DNA of 24,000 nucleotides from Bacteroidota bacterium (GTDB lineage: Bacteria; Bacteroidota; Ignavibacteria; Kapaibacteriales; UBA961). The stretch is taken from positions 35,032 to 59,031 of the forward strand of contig RGCF01000005.1 of NCBI GenBank assembly GCA_009919265.1, read 5' to 3'. The notes beneath the pieces are model-generated. The model did no database searches. It was not told the DNA's origin and saw only the letters and a list, made by a program, of their open reading frames with translations. Made by a program: the position numbers and the translations under genes. How positions within the stretch are numbered: the stretch's first letter is position 1; the number at the start of each line of letters is the position of its first letter. Below are positions 1 to 8,531 of this stretch, one piece after another.

Positions 1-1180
1 GATGGCTTTTCCCATTATTCTAATTACCGGTTTTTCTGATATCAAGCTTGCTGTGAGAGCAATGCGAATTGGTGCTGATGATTTCATTATCAAGCCATTT
101 GATAAAGACCAATTGGAAGTTACTGTTGATCGAGCTTTAATTAATAGCGCCCTTCGCAAAAAAGTGAAAGAACTCGAAGCGAATCTCTTTATGGATGATT
201 CAGCTGAAATTTTGGGTACTTCCCCTGCAATACGAAAAGCTGTTCAAATTGCGCAGATAGTTGCCAAAGCCGAGGATACAACTGCGTTAATACTTGGTGA
301 ATCTGGAACTGGCAAAGAGTTAATGGCAAGATTCATTCACACAAGTAGTGGCAGAGCAAGACAACCTTTTGTTACTATCAATTGTGGAGCGATACCGAGG
401 GAACTTGCAGAAAACGAATTTTTCGGATATGAAAAGGGTGCCTTTACAGGTGCTACAGAAAAAGTCAAACCCGGGAGATTTGAACAAGCGGACAAAGGAA
501 CCATATTACTAGACGAAGTTGGAGAGCTGAGTCTAGAAATGCAAGTAAAATTGCTACGCGTACTTCAAGAACGAACATTTTATCGTTTAGGTGGTACCAA
601 AGAAGTTGAGGTTGATGTTCGTGTTATAGCTGCCACAAATCGCGATCTAGAGCAATTGGTGGAAGAAGGAAAATTTAGAGAAGATCTATTCTATAGGTTA
701 AATGTTGCAACTATACATTTACCTCCCCTCAGAGAAAGACAAGAAGACATACTCCCTCTTGCAAGTGTATTCGTAACTGAGTTTAATAAAAAGTTTAGCA
801 AAACTGTCTCAGGTTTTTCTCCTGAAGCAGCAGATATTTTACAGCATCATCCATGGAAAGGAAATATCAGAGAATTGCGCAATGTCATTGAACGCATCAT
901 TCTACTTGAATCCGAAGATACCATTTCTAAAGAATCTCTTTCCTTTCTACGCATTCCTTCACAATCGCAAAAACAAAAAGAGTTAATAGAGGGACAACAT
1001 TCATTGCATATTCACCAAGATGGCGTGCTGATGAATAATGTAGTTAAAGATCTAATCGTTCAAACACTTTCCATGACGGGTGGAAATCAAATCAGAGCAG
1101 CAAAAATACTTGGCGTATCTCGGGCAAAACTCAGATATAGAATAGATCAATTGGGAATAAATGCCAAAAACCAAGAATAA
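1..1180 (+). CDS. Sigma-54-dependent response regulator (NtrC family), 5'-truncated by the window edge
   Basis: The ORF opens with the C-terminal half of a receiver domain (PIILITGFSD...GADDFIIKPF). It is followed by an AAA+ sigma-54 interaction domain with Walker A GESGTGKE, the GAFTGA loop (EKGAFTGATEK), Walker B LLDEVGE and the WKGNIRELRN motif. A C-terminal Fis-type HTH is present (NQIRAAKILGVSRAKLRYRI). Stop at 1178-1180. Confidence 0.9.
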   Translation, partial: MAFPIILITGFSDIKLAVRAMRIGADDFIIKPFDKDQLEVTVDRALINSALRKKVKELEANLFMDDSAEILGTSPAIRKAVQIAQIVAKAEDTTALILGESGTGKELMARFIHTSSGRARQPFVTINCGAIPRELAENEFFGYEKGAFTGATEKVKPGRFEQADKGTILLDEVGELSLEMQVKLLRVLQERTFYRLGGTKEVEVDVRVIAATNRDLEQLVEEGKFREDLFYRLNVATIHLPPLRERQEDILPLASVFVTEFNKKFSKTVSGFSPEAADILQHHPWKGNIRELRNVIERIILLESEDTISKESLSFLRIPSQSQKQKELIEGQHSLHIHQDGVLMNNVVKDLIVQTLSMTGGNQIRAAKILGVSRAKLRYRIDQLGINAKNQE

Positions 1181-1238
1181 TCATTTTGATTATCTTTATT
1201 ACAAAAGATAAAAATTCTTCTTTATTGCAGAGTGCTCT

Positions 1239-4200
1239 ATGCTGAAACAGATTTCTACTTTCATTTTACTTTTTTCTGCATTATTATTCATACCCTTCTC
1301 CGCAAAAGCACAACCTACCATTGCCGTAACCATACCTGATCTCTGTACACCAGGACTCAATACTGCTATAGAGATAATGGCCCCAGTAAATCAAAAAGGT
1401 GCATTTGGAAATGATGGACTATATCTAAATAATCCGGGAGATGCCATAAGAGTGAAAACATTGAGAGATGCTGATTCCAACAGCATTATATTCTCACCCT
1501 TTGTCACAAGCTGGGATGGAAGACTCATTAGTGTTCAGGCATTTGTAAAACCGATTAAAGCCGGAGGCCCGAACCCTAATTCATGGGACTGGTCTTTACT
1601 ATCAAATCAGTTTCGTATACCAATTTGCATTCTTATCAATGGCATACAATCATCAGTCGATACATTGTATATCGTACAACCATTCCCTTTTGGAGATAAA
1701 TCCACTAATTCCCAAACAAGTATATTTGGAACTGGTACTTGGGGTAAACGCTCTAGAAGTGGAGCCATGATTGTTGACTCTATGATTCTACCCCCGAATG
1801 GAAAATTTGAAGTAAGCAAACTTGACAGCGATCCATATAGAATTGGAAATCAGGGCTATCTCCCTTTTACTCTCATCGTCAAAGGAAATGTAAAAGGAAA
1901 TAATAGTATCATTTCTGTTAATGCGAATAGACAAGATGGTGGTCCTGGAGGTGGTGGTGGTGCGGGAGCATTTACAGACTTCTTCACTGTTCCTAGCAGA
2001 AGTGGAGATGGATATTCTGCTGGAGCACCAAGTGGGCAAAACCTTGGAGCTTTTGGTAAAAGTTCACTTTCGGTTGGAATTGGAACAGGTAATAATGGTG
2101 GCGGTAAAGTTTCAGGGTCATCTATAACAAATGTTTCTGGTGGTGAATTTAAAGAATACGAAGGAGGCGGAGGTGGTACTGGGCATCCTTTTGGCATGTC
2201 TGGTTCAGGATGGAATTATTCAGTAGAAGTACCTGGTTATTTTGGGGGTGGATCTTGTCCAAAAGACCAAAGGCCAGGTGGTGGAGGTGGTTATAGAGAA
2301 GAGGGTGCATCAACTGATGGTATCAATGGTGGCAAGATTCATGGAAATCGTGCTACTGTTCCTGTTGCTGGCGGTAGTGGTGGTGCAGCAGGTAATCCCA
2401 AAGGAGATCGTTCTGGTTATGGAGGTGGTGGAGGTGGAGCCATATTTGTACATAGTATAGCAACCACAGATCTAACAATAGAAGCAAGAGGTGCGGAAGG
2501 TGAAAATAATACTCCGAATGGCGGAGGAGGTTCAGGTGGCTTTGTAGGTATCGGAGCAAGAAATTCACTTTCTTCATTCATTGAAGTTACGTCTGGTGGA
2601 CCTGGTGGAGCTGGTAATGCCTATGGTGGTGTAGGGAGATTTAGATTTGAATCCCCAACATTTCCCCAAGGAAATCCGAAAGGATTCCCTATGATAAATG
2701 TTGAAGGCCAAGATAGTTATAGAGGATTGACATTAGAATATGCATCAATTGTTGATCGATCGAATCGTTTGAGCATGGTTTATTCAAGTGGAGATAGTAT
2801 ACAGTTCTATTTGAAAGCAAAGAATGGAAATTGGATTCCTTATATATTTGGTCCGGCTGCAAATGGAGTTCAAATGACCATGCCATTTAATGATATAAAC
2901 CTACTTCCCGATTCTGTGTATTATATCATGGCAATTCAGTGGAATAAAACATTTAAGACTATAAGTGAATATCAACATGAACCAATAGCAATCATTTCGC
3001 AATCAGCTGGAAATATATTATATGCTCCTACATTTCCCATCATAGCCAGCGATACAATTGTATCGATGAATAATAAACTGCTATGTCAGGATGACACTAT
3101 CAAACAAATCATTTATGTAAAAAATACTGGTACTGGAGAATTAACTATTGATTCTCTTCGTTTAATGAAAGGTAATGATGGATTTACAATTCAAAAGGGA
3201 ACATTACCACTAAAAGTCAAACCAAACGATTCTACAGCAGTTACCATAACATTTACCAATCCCCCATCTTTAGGTATCAAGCGCGATACACTCATTGTGT
3301 ATTCAAACGCTAGAAATGATAGCACATGGACAATTTCTTTATCAGGAATGAAGGAAGTTCTTTCATTTGCATATCAAAAGATTAAATCAACAAATTTTAT
3401 TCGATCATTAGTTATTGATGGTACATGTATTGGAACAACAAGATATGATACACTTGTCATTTATAATAAATCAGTAGTAGATATACCCTCTGATAGTATT
3501 CGATTAAATGGTTCAGTCCATATATCAATTGTACCAAAACAAACTTCAATACCTGCTTTAGATAATGGGATATTCATCATTCAATTTTCACCTGTAGATA
3601 ATCTACTTCAAACAGCAAATCTTGAATTTCATCATCCATTATGTGACACTATCGATATATTCCGAATTGAAGGTAAAGGTATGCAAACTACACTTGTCTC
3701 TAATCCTCCTTCCATTGTACATCCCAAGCAAGGAATCGGAACAACAATCATTGATACCATTACTATTGTAAATACTGGAGATGCATCTGCATTTATCCAA
3801 CCTGGTACATTTGGTTTACAACCCCCTTTTCAGATTTTAAAAACAATTCCACTGTTACCATTTACTTTGCGATCTGGTGATTCTTTATCATTAGTAATTA
3901 CAAGTACTTTAGATACAGTGGGTACATTTGCTGATACAATCGTAGTTGAATCCTTAACCCAAACAAATTCTTGTTCAACTACTCTTTCAATTCCCATATC
4001 TGCAACAGCATCTTTACCCACCCTTGGTTTGCGATTCAATAATACACCAAAAGCTGATCCAACATTTAGCACTTATGAAATACCGATACTCTACACCACT
4101 CCTGGTGGGAATGCTGTAGTTGCCGATATGTCCATTTCTTTCAGTATTAATGGCCTCTTATTTTATCCCAAAAATGCTAGTAAAGGAACGCTTTCAAGTA

Positions 4201-4727
4201 CTTTAGATCCAAATGGAATGAGAATAATCAGTGTGTCTTTCAATAAGGAATTACTTTCTCCAACTGATTCATTATTAACAACAATATCCGGAATCATTCA
4301 ACTCGATACAGTTGGTTCATCATCTATTACATGGTTGCCAGTTAAATGGAATGCATTTCCCTATGCCCAAGTAATGACTACAAATGGAAATGTAGAATTA
4401 GAGTTATGTGAAAAAGGTGATGGAAAACGATTCATCATAAATGGGAAAACACCAACTTTGTTTTCTGTATTTCCAAATCCGGCAAGTAATACTTCTATTA
4501 TTCATCTTGATGTTCCAATCAAAAGACTCGGATCTTATACTTGTATTATTCGTGATATAAATGGAAAACATATACATCTTTCTCGTTTTTCTTGTTCAAA
4601 CATGAATCTACTTGGTACACAATATTCATTAGAAATGAATACAAATGGATTATCAGCTGGTACCTATTATATAAGCATAGAATTTGAAGGAACAATTGTT
4701 ACTGAAAGATTAGTCATAGTACCCTAA
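1239..4727 (+). CDS. Large secreted/cell-surface protein: signal peptide, glycine-run domain, Ig-like (choice-of-anchor-D/ASH-like) repeats, T9SS C-terminal sorting domain
   Basis: ATG at 1239 and a signal peptide (MLKQISTFILLFSALLFIPFSAKA/QPT). Residues 233-472 carry repeated Gly runs (GGPGGGGGAG, EGGGGGTG, PGGGGGY, YGGGGGGAIFV, NGGGGSGGF, GGPGGAG). Residues ~600-900 hold about three repeats of the type 'VKNTGTGELTIDSL...F.....LP..V.P..S..V.ITF.P'. The last ~85 aa (LFSVFPNPASNTSIIHLD...GTYYISIEFEGTIVTERLVIVP) fit the T9SS type-A CTD pattern. Confidence 0.8.
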   Translation: MLKQISTFILLFSALLFIPFSAKAQPTIAVTIPDLCTPGLNTAIEIMAPVNQKGAFGNDGLYLNNPGDAIRVKTLRDADSNSIIFSPFVTSWDGRLISVQAFVKPIKAGGPNPNSWDWSLLSNQFRIPICILINGIQSSVDTLYIVQPFPFGDKSTNSQTSIFGTGTWGKRSRSGAMIVDSMILPPNGKFEVSKLDSDPYRIGNQGYLPFTLIVKGNVKGNNSIISVNANRQDGGPGGGGGAGAFTDFFTVPSRSGDGYSAGAPSGQNLGAFGKSSLSVGIGTGNNGGGKVSGSSITNVSGGEFKEYEGGGGGTGHPFGMSGSGWNYSVEVPGYFGGGSCPKDQRPGGGGGYREEGASTDGINGGKIHGNRATVPVAGGSGGAAGNPKGDRSGYGGGGGGAIFVHSIATTDLTIEARGAEGENNTPNGGGGSGGFVGIGARNSLSSFIEVTSGGPGGAGNAYGGVGRFRFESPTFPQGNPKGFPMINVEGQDSYRGLTLEYASIVDRSNRLSMVYSSGDSIQFYLKAKNGNWIPYIFGPAANGVQMTMPFNDINLLPDSVYYIMAIQWNKTFKTISEYQHEPIAIISQSAGNILYAPTFPIIASDTIVSMNNKLLCQDDTIKQIIYVKNTGTGELTIDSLRLMKGNDGFTIQKGTLPLKVKPNDSTAVTITFTNPPSLGIKRDTLIVYSNARNDSTWTISLSGMKEVLSFAYQKIKSTNFIRSLVIDGTCIGTTRYDTLVIYNKSVVDIPSDSIRLNGSVHISIVPKQTSIPALDNGIFIIQFSPVDNLLQTANLEFHHPLCDTIDIFRIEGKGMQTTLVSNPPSIVHPKQGIGTTIIDTITIVNTGDASAFIQPGTFGLQPPFQILKTIPLLPFTLRSGDSLSLVITSTLDTVGTFADTIVVESLTQTNSCSTTLSIPISATASLPTLGLRFNNTPKADPTFSTYEIPILYTTPGGNAVVADMSISFSINGLLFYPKNASKGTLSSTLDPNGMRIISVSFNKELLSPTDSLLTTISGIIQLDTVGSSSITWLPVKWNAFPYAQVMTTNGNVELELCEKGDGKRFIINGKTPTLFSVFPNPASNTSIIHLDVPIKRLGSYTCIIRDINGKHIHLSRFSCSNMNLLGTQYSLEMNTNGLSAGTYYISIEFEGTIVTERLVIVP

Positions 4728-4755
4728 TGCTCATGATTCTTACCTATAAATTCCC

Positions 4756-4763
4756 TACATTTG
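4756..4763 (+). promoter_or_regulatory. Candidate Bacteroidota-type -7 promoter box (TACATTTG = TAnnTTTG) for tRNA-Pro
   Basis: Exact TAnnTTTG match ending 9 nt before the first tRNA nucleotide. That spacing fits a transcription start just upstream of the mature 5' end. No clear -33 TTG was seen. Confidence 0.35.
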
Positions 4764-4772
4764 CATTCCTAA

Positions 4773-4846
4773 CGGTGTGTAGCGCAGCCCGGTAGCGCAC
4801 TACTTTGGGGTAGTAGGGGTCGTGGGTTCGAATCCCGCCACACCGA
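4773..4846 (+). tRNA. tRNA-Pro (anticodon GGG)
   Basis: Hand-folded cloverleaf. Acceptor CGGTGTG/CACACCG, D arm GCGC-AGCCCGGTA-GCGC, anticodon arm CTACT-TTGGGGT-AGTAG (anticodon GGG), variable GGGTC, T arm GTGGG-TTCGAAT-CCCGC, discriminator A. No encoded CCA. Confidence 0.9.
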
Positions 4847-4847
4847 C

Positions 4848-4881
4848 AAAAAAAAGGCTCTGATATTTCAGAGCCTTTTTT
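4848..4881. terminator. Bidirectional rho-independent terminator shared by tRNA-Pro (+) and the TonB-dependent receptor gene (-)
   Basis: A8 - GGCTCTGA - TATT - TCAGAGCC - T6. This is a perfect 8-bp GC-containing stem flanked by an A-run and a T-run, so either strand reads hairpin plus U-tract. It lies between the tRNA 3' end (4846) and the receptor stop (4896). Confidence 0.8.
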
Positions 4882-4895
4882 CATGAGAATGTTTA

Positions 4896-7193
4896 TCAGA
4901 AATTTAACGTTACATTCATGGATGCCATTCTCTGTAGAATTGTGCCGCCAAATATCTGATAGTGTCTTCTATCAAGTGCATTAAAGATTGTAGCACTTGC
5001 TTTGATATCTGGTGTAATTGCATATCCTACATTGAGATTAAGAAGCCAATACTCTGGTACATATCCTTCAAATAGACCAGCTACCCAAGTAAAGCCCTTC
5101 ACTCCTCTGAGCTGAGCTCCGATTTCTAAACCATTTTGTTCATACTGCAAACCAATATTCAATCGATGAGGTGAAGTATTTGGAACAATCTTTTGAGCTT
5201 GAAGTGTGTTTTCTTCTACATTAAAGTCTAGATATGCATAATTAACTTGTGCTAGGAGTCCTGTCATGACATAATAATTGACTCCAACCTCAAGACCATA
5301 CTCATTGATGATACCAATATTTTTGGGAGTAATAATCAATGCAGGTAAACCTGTTTGAGGCATTTTAGCCAATCGATCATAATACAATCTATTTAACTTA
5401 TCTAACTCTGTTTTTAAATCTGCATTCGCTTGAGCATTATCATAACGAATAGGGGTATAAACATCTGGAGCAAGTCCGCCCAATGGAACTGAAATAAAAT
5501 TTGTTCTACGGTTCATGTAAGCATCAACAGTCACGAACAGATCTTTACTAATGATTCCTTTATAACCGAACTCATAAGACATTGCAGTTTCAACTTGAAT
5601 ATTTGGATTCCCAAGATTCCATTGTTGAGTGGCTTTTTGCAATCCTAATGGGGTTACCTGATATCTATTGGAAATTACACTATCAATTGCAGCGAGATTA
5701 ACCGGTGCACCTGCTGGTGAATATCTGTACAAATCAGCATAACTAGGTCTTAAGAAAGAACGATTCAATGTCAAACGAAAAGTGTGATCTTGAATTGGTG
5801 TAAACACAAATGCTGCCTTTGGGGAAAATTGTGTGTCGAAAAAGGTAGATCGATCTAAACGAGCAGCACCAACAAATTTCAATGAAGGCATAATTGTCAT
5901 TTCAGCTTGTGCATATAGACCGCTAAAATTATTATGTAGTCCATCCGGATTTAATAATGGCAAGGCACCAAGCAATGAGGTATTAACAGCTTGATACTCA
6001 TGAGATGCTCCTACTATTACCTTTAGATCATCATGTAAATAAGAATCATTCCATTGGGCATCAATGACATATACATCGCTTCTTTCTGCAGAACTAGCTG
6101 CGGCATTCATCACTATTTGTGGTGTAATAGTATTTCTTCTATTCCAATGTGCTTGAATATTGAAACGAGATGTATTGTAAGCCAATCGTACAAATGGCTT
6201 TTCAACATTATTGATAAGAATGCGGCCTGTTTGATTGACAAAATATTCACCTCCATACTTTGAAAATCCAAATTCTGCTGTCAGTCTTTGATCATTTGTC
6301 AATTCATAATCAAGTCTTGCTGTACCAAATACATTAGTAGCATTACGATTTGCATTGATAAGTGAATCGATACTAGAAATAACGCCAACTCCTGCCCTAT
6401 TTCCAGTCACATCTCTTGCTAATCCCGGATATTCTAATGTACCACCTTTTGTAGTATCTCGAGAATTTACCCAGCTTTGACTTTGTGTTGAATATCCAGC
6501 ATTCACTTTATAGTATAAGGACCCTATAGCACCTGCATGTCTAATATCGCCTCGCAATGTATTGAATTGTCCTCCTGTTACACTAACCCTTGTACCTTGT
6601 ATATCTTTAGGTGCATGCGATGTAATATTGATCACGCCATTATATGCATTAGATCCATACAGCGCAGATCCAGGGCCACGCACAACTTCAATAGATGCTA
6701 CATCGCCCACATTTGTTTGAAATGAATTCCACTCCACAAGATTTAACAATGGTGTCGATGGATCTCGACCATCAAGTAAAACAAGTACACGACGATTTAT
6801 CGAATTATTAAATCCTCGCATATTAACATTGAAATCATTCATTCCACTTTGCACGACATCCACACCTTGAATGCCCTCTAATGTTTTTGCGATTTGTCCG
6901 TGAGCATTTGCCCTGGATAATTCAGCTGGCATGACTACAGATACAGCAGCAGGAGCATCAGTGATTTTCTGTTGTCTTCTTGATGCACCATATACTGTCA
7001 CATCTTGGGTACGAGTTTCAGCATTTTCTTTTGGTTTAGAACCGTTATTTTTTGTTCGAATGGACGTGCCATTCTTTGATTCAGCCTTCTCATCAGGCAA
7101 TATCGTCTTGACTTTTAAGTCCGATTTTGCATACATATCGCTTGTAAAAGCAATACAGAGCAATGTGATAAACAAACAGAAAACATGTTTCAT
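4896..7193 (-). CDS. TonB-dependent outer-membrane receptor
   Basis: Signal peptide (MKHVFCLFITLLCIAFTSDMYA). Plug-domain motifs are present (DVTVYGASRRQQKITDAPAAVSVV, GVDVVQSG, NRRVLVLLDGR, IEVVRGPGSALYGSNAYNGVINI). A long beta-barrel region follows, ending in the aromatic terminal motif (NVTLNF). The start is 5 nt downstream of the tetR stop. Confidence 0.9.
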   Translation of the reverse strand: MKHVFCLFITLLCIAFTSDMYAKSDLKVKTILPDEKAESKNGTSIRTKNNGSKPKENAETRTQDVTVYGASRRQQKITDAPAAVSVVMPAELSRANAHGQIAKTLEGIQGVDVVQSGMNDFNVNMRGFNNSINRRVLVLLDGRDPSTPLLNLVEWNSFQTNVGDVASIEVVRGPGSALYGSNAYNGVINITSHAPKDIQGTRVSVTGGQFNTLRGDIRHAGAIGSLYYKVNAGYSTQSQSWVNSRDTTKGGTLEYPGLARDVTGNRAGVGVISSIDSLINANRNATNVFGTARLDYELTNDQRLTAEFGFSKYGGEYFVNQTGRILINNVEKPFVRLAYNTSRFNIQAHWNRRNTITPQIVMNAAASSAERSDVYVIDAQWNDSYLHDDLKVIVGASHEYQAVNTSLLGALPLLNPDGLHNNFSGLYAQAEMTIMPSLKFVGAARLDRSTFFDTQFSPKAAFVFTPIQDHTFRLTLNRSFLRPSYADLYRYSPAGAPVNLAAIDSVISNRYQVTPLGLQKATQQWNLGNPNIQVETAMSYEFGYKGIISKDLFVTVDAYMNRRTNFISVPLGGLAPDVYTPIRYDNAQANADLKTELDKLNRLYYDRLAKMPQTGLPALIITPKNIGIINEYGLEVGVNYYVMTGLLAQVNYAYLDFNVEENTLQAQKIVPNTSPHRLNIGLQYEQNGLEIGAQLRGVKGFTWVAGLFEGYVPEYWLLNLNVGYAITPDIKASATIFNALDRRHYQIFGGTILQRMASMNVTLNF

Positions 7194-7198
7194 AAAAA

Positions 7199-7891
7199 CT
7201 ACTTCCTTTTAAATGGGGTATGTAAAAAACCTTGCTGTAATTTCTTTTGAACTTTTGTAGCAACCAGTGATCGTAATGTTTCTGTCATGAGTCCAGAACC
7301 TATAACGGATTGCCTGAATTTGTATGCTTCTCTCAATGAATATGATTGTCCATCAATCACCCATTGAAGAAAAATACCATCCGATATACCAAGCTCTAAT
7401 ACTGCAAATGAATCCGAGTCTATGTGACGGAAGAGTTTGAGTGTTTGCATCTGTTTTGTTACTTCTGCTCCCAAAACACTCAATCGTTTTTTCATATCCC
7501 TAATTCTGATCAAAAATGAATCTGAAGTGCTTCGCAATGCATGTGCCCAAAACTCTAATAAAAGTGGGGCATAAGTTGCATGTAATTCATAAAACTCGAC
7601 TGTTGTGTCAATTAATGCATCTGCTTTTGAAACTGGATCAATATGTTCTTCAACTGCAAGAATCATGGATTGTTCATATTTACTCATCCAATGGTCATAC
7701 ACTGCTAAGAAAAGATCTTCTTTATCGACATAATACTCATATAGCGTACCTTTAGCCAATTGTACAGCATCAGCTATATCTTGCATCTTGGTAGAATGAT
7801 ACCCTTTAGAAGCAAATACCCCAATCGCAGCTTCCACAATGAGAATACGTTTTGCCTCTCTATTTTCAGGTGCAGTTTTCGTTCTTGCCAT
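7199..7891 (-). CDS. TetR/AcrR-family transcriptional regulator
   Basis: N-terminal TetR HTH signature (RILIVEAAIGVFASKGYHSTKMQDIADAVQLAKGTLYEYYVDKEDLF) with a helical C-terminal ligand-domain-like region. Same strand as the receptor gene and immediately upstream of it. Confidence 0.9.
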   Translation of the reverse strand: MARTKTAPENREAKRILIVEAAIGVFASKGYHSTKMQDIADAVQLAKGTLYEYYVDKEDLFLAVYDHWMSKYEQSMILAVEEHIDPVSKADALIDTTVEFYELHATYAPLLLEFWAHALRSTSDSFLIRIRDMKKRLSVLGAEVTKQMQTLKLFRHIDSDSFAVLELGISDGIFLQWVIDGQSYSLREAYKFRQSVIGSGLMTETLRSLVATKVQKKLQQGFLHTPFKRK

Positions 7892-7910
7892 AGTAATTTT
7901 AATGAATTAA

Positions 7911-7926
7911 TTGACCAATTGGTCAA
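7911..7926. promoter_or_regulatory. Perfect 16-bp palindrome TTGACCAATTGGTCAA, candidate TetR operator
   Basis: The sequence is self-complementary over all 16 positions. It lies 20 nt upstream of the tetR start codon (7891) in the tetR/clpS divergent region and overlaps the candidate -7 box at 7924-7931. Confidence 0.5.
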
Positions 7927-7931
7927 ATTTA
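7924..7931 (-). promoter_or_regulatory. Candidate -7 promoter box (TAAATTTG on minus strand) for the tetR-receptor operon
   Basis: Plus-strand CAAATTTA is the reverse complement of TAnnTTTG. It lies 33 nt upstream of the tetR ATG and overlaps the palindrome. Confidence 0.3.
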
Positions 7932-7988
7932 AAAAAAATAACAGTCTTTACAAGCATCCATGATGTTTCAATAGAAACAGATGTTCAC

Positions 7989-7996
7989 TATTTTTG
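7989..7996 (+). promoter_or_regulatory. Candidate -7 promoter box (TATTTTTG) for clpS
   Basis: Exact TAnnTTTG match 35 nt upstream of the clpS ATG (8031). Confidence 0.3.
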
Positions 7997-8030
7997 CTGA
8001 AGAATTCAATCATCAATACTGGTTTTTTGC

Positions 8031-8315
8031 ATGTATCCAGATTCCCAAGTTGAAGAGTCATTGCAAACCCTTGATACAATTACAGGTTCAATGCATGGAA
8101 GAGTGGTCTTATTCAATGATGAACATCATACATTTGAAGAAGTTATTGTTCAAATATTGAGAGCAGTTCATTGTTCTATGGATAGAGCAGAGCAATTAAC
8201 TTGGGAAGTACATAATACAGGTAAAGCAACTGTGTATGAAGGCCCTTTGTCAGAATGCCTACATGTCAGTGCTGTTTTGGAAGAAATAGCTTTAAAAACA
8301 GAAGTTCAGTGTTGA
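8031..8315 (+). CDS. clpS: ATP-dependent Clp protease adaptor ClpS
   Basis: 94 aa. The core [47 protein letters not shown]...VSAVLEE aligns with the ClpS fold signature (v.l.ND..n.f..V...L......A......vH..G.a.v). Confidence 0.85.
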   Translation: MYPDSQVEESLQTLDTITGSMHGRVVLFNDEHHTFEEVIVQILRAVHCSMDRAEQLTWEVHNTGKATVYEGPLSECLHVSAVLEEIALKTEVQC

Positions 8316-8321
8316 TCCACA

Positions 8322-8531
8322 ATGGGAAAAATCTTTCTATTCATAATTGGGATTATTCTCATACTCATATTTTCAGGAATTGCTTTTCTAGGATTTCTGA
8401 GAAGATTCTTTTTTTCTTTCATTCCCTCCTCAAAGAGATCACAGAAATCAAAAGACTCCATCATTTATGATGATGGAAAAACAACCGTTTTCACTTCAAA
8501 AATCAATGATAGAACCAAACGAGGAACATAA
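8322..8531 (+). CDS. Hypothetical small single-pass membrane protein (69 aa)
   Basis: It starts 6 nt after the clpS stop. It has one strong TM helix (IFLFIIGIILILIFSGIAFLGFL) followed by a basic Ser/Lys-rich tail. Its 3' end overlaps the annotated ppx 5' end, so either this ORF or the longest ppx start is wrong. No homology recognised. Confidence 0.35.
   Translation: MGKIFLFIIGIILILIFSGIAFLGFLRRFFFSFIPSSKRSQKSKDSIIYDDGKTTVFTSKINDRTKRGT

Noticed and set aside
1856-2197. Proline-rich 113-aa ORF on the minus strand (PPPPPSY..., APAPPPPPGPP), along with other short ORFs at 1921-2127, 2242-2460 and 2353-2577.
   Set aside because: These are antisense or off-frame shadows of the GGT/GGA/GGC-rich glycine-run region of the 1239-4727 gene. 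Pro codons are the reverse complement of Gly codons. None has an independent start context and all are fully nested in a much better-supported CDS.
4728-4895. tRNA-Pro as a possible integration hotspot or genomic-island boundary.
   Set aside because: The window has no integrase, excisionase or transposase, and I saw no duplicated copy of the tRNA 3' end. The flanking genes look like ordinary chromosomal genes. I cannot fully exclude it without a repeat search beyond the window.
7055-7071. Minus-strand TGGCACGTCCATTCGAA, which resembles a sigma-54 -24/-12 promoter.
   Set aside because: The -12 element reads TTCGA rather than TTGCA, so the GC is misplaced. It also lies inside the TonB-dependent receptor CDS about 120 nt after its start, with no gene to drive.
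6054-7212. Plus-strand ORFs of 62-93 aa (6054-6263, 6537-6725, 6931-7212), and similar ORFs opposite tetR, ppiD, ppx and the patatin gene.
   Set aside because: All are nested antisense to, or off-frame within, long motif-supported CDSs. They are Cys/Ile/Phe-rich with low-complexity composition typical of AT-rich shadow frames, and none shows a recognisable motif.
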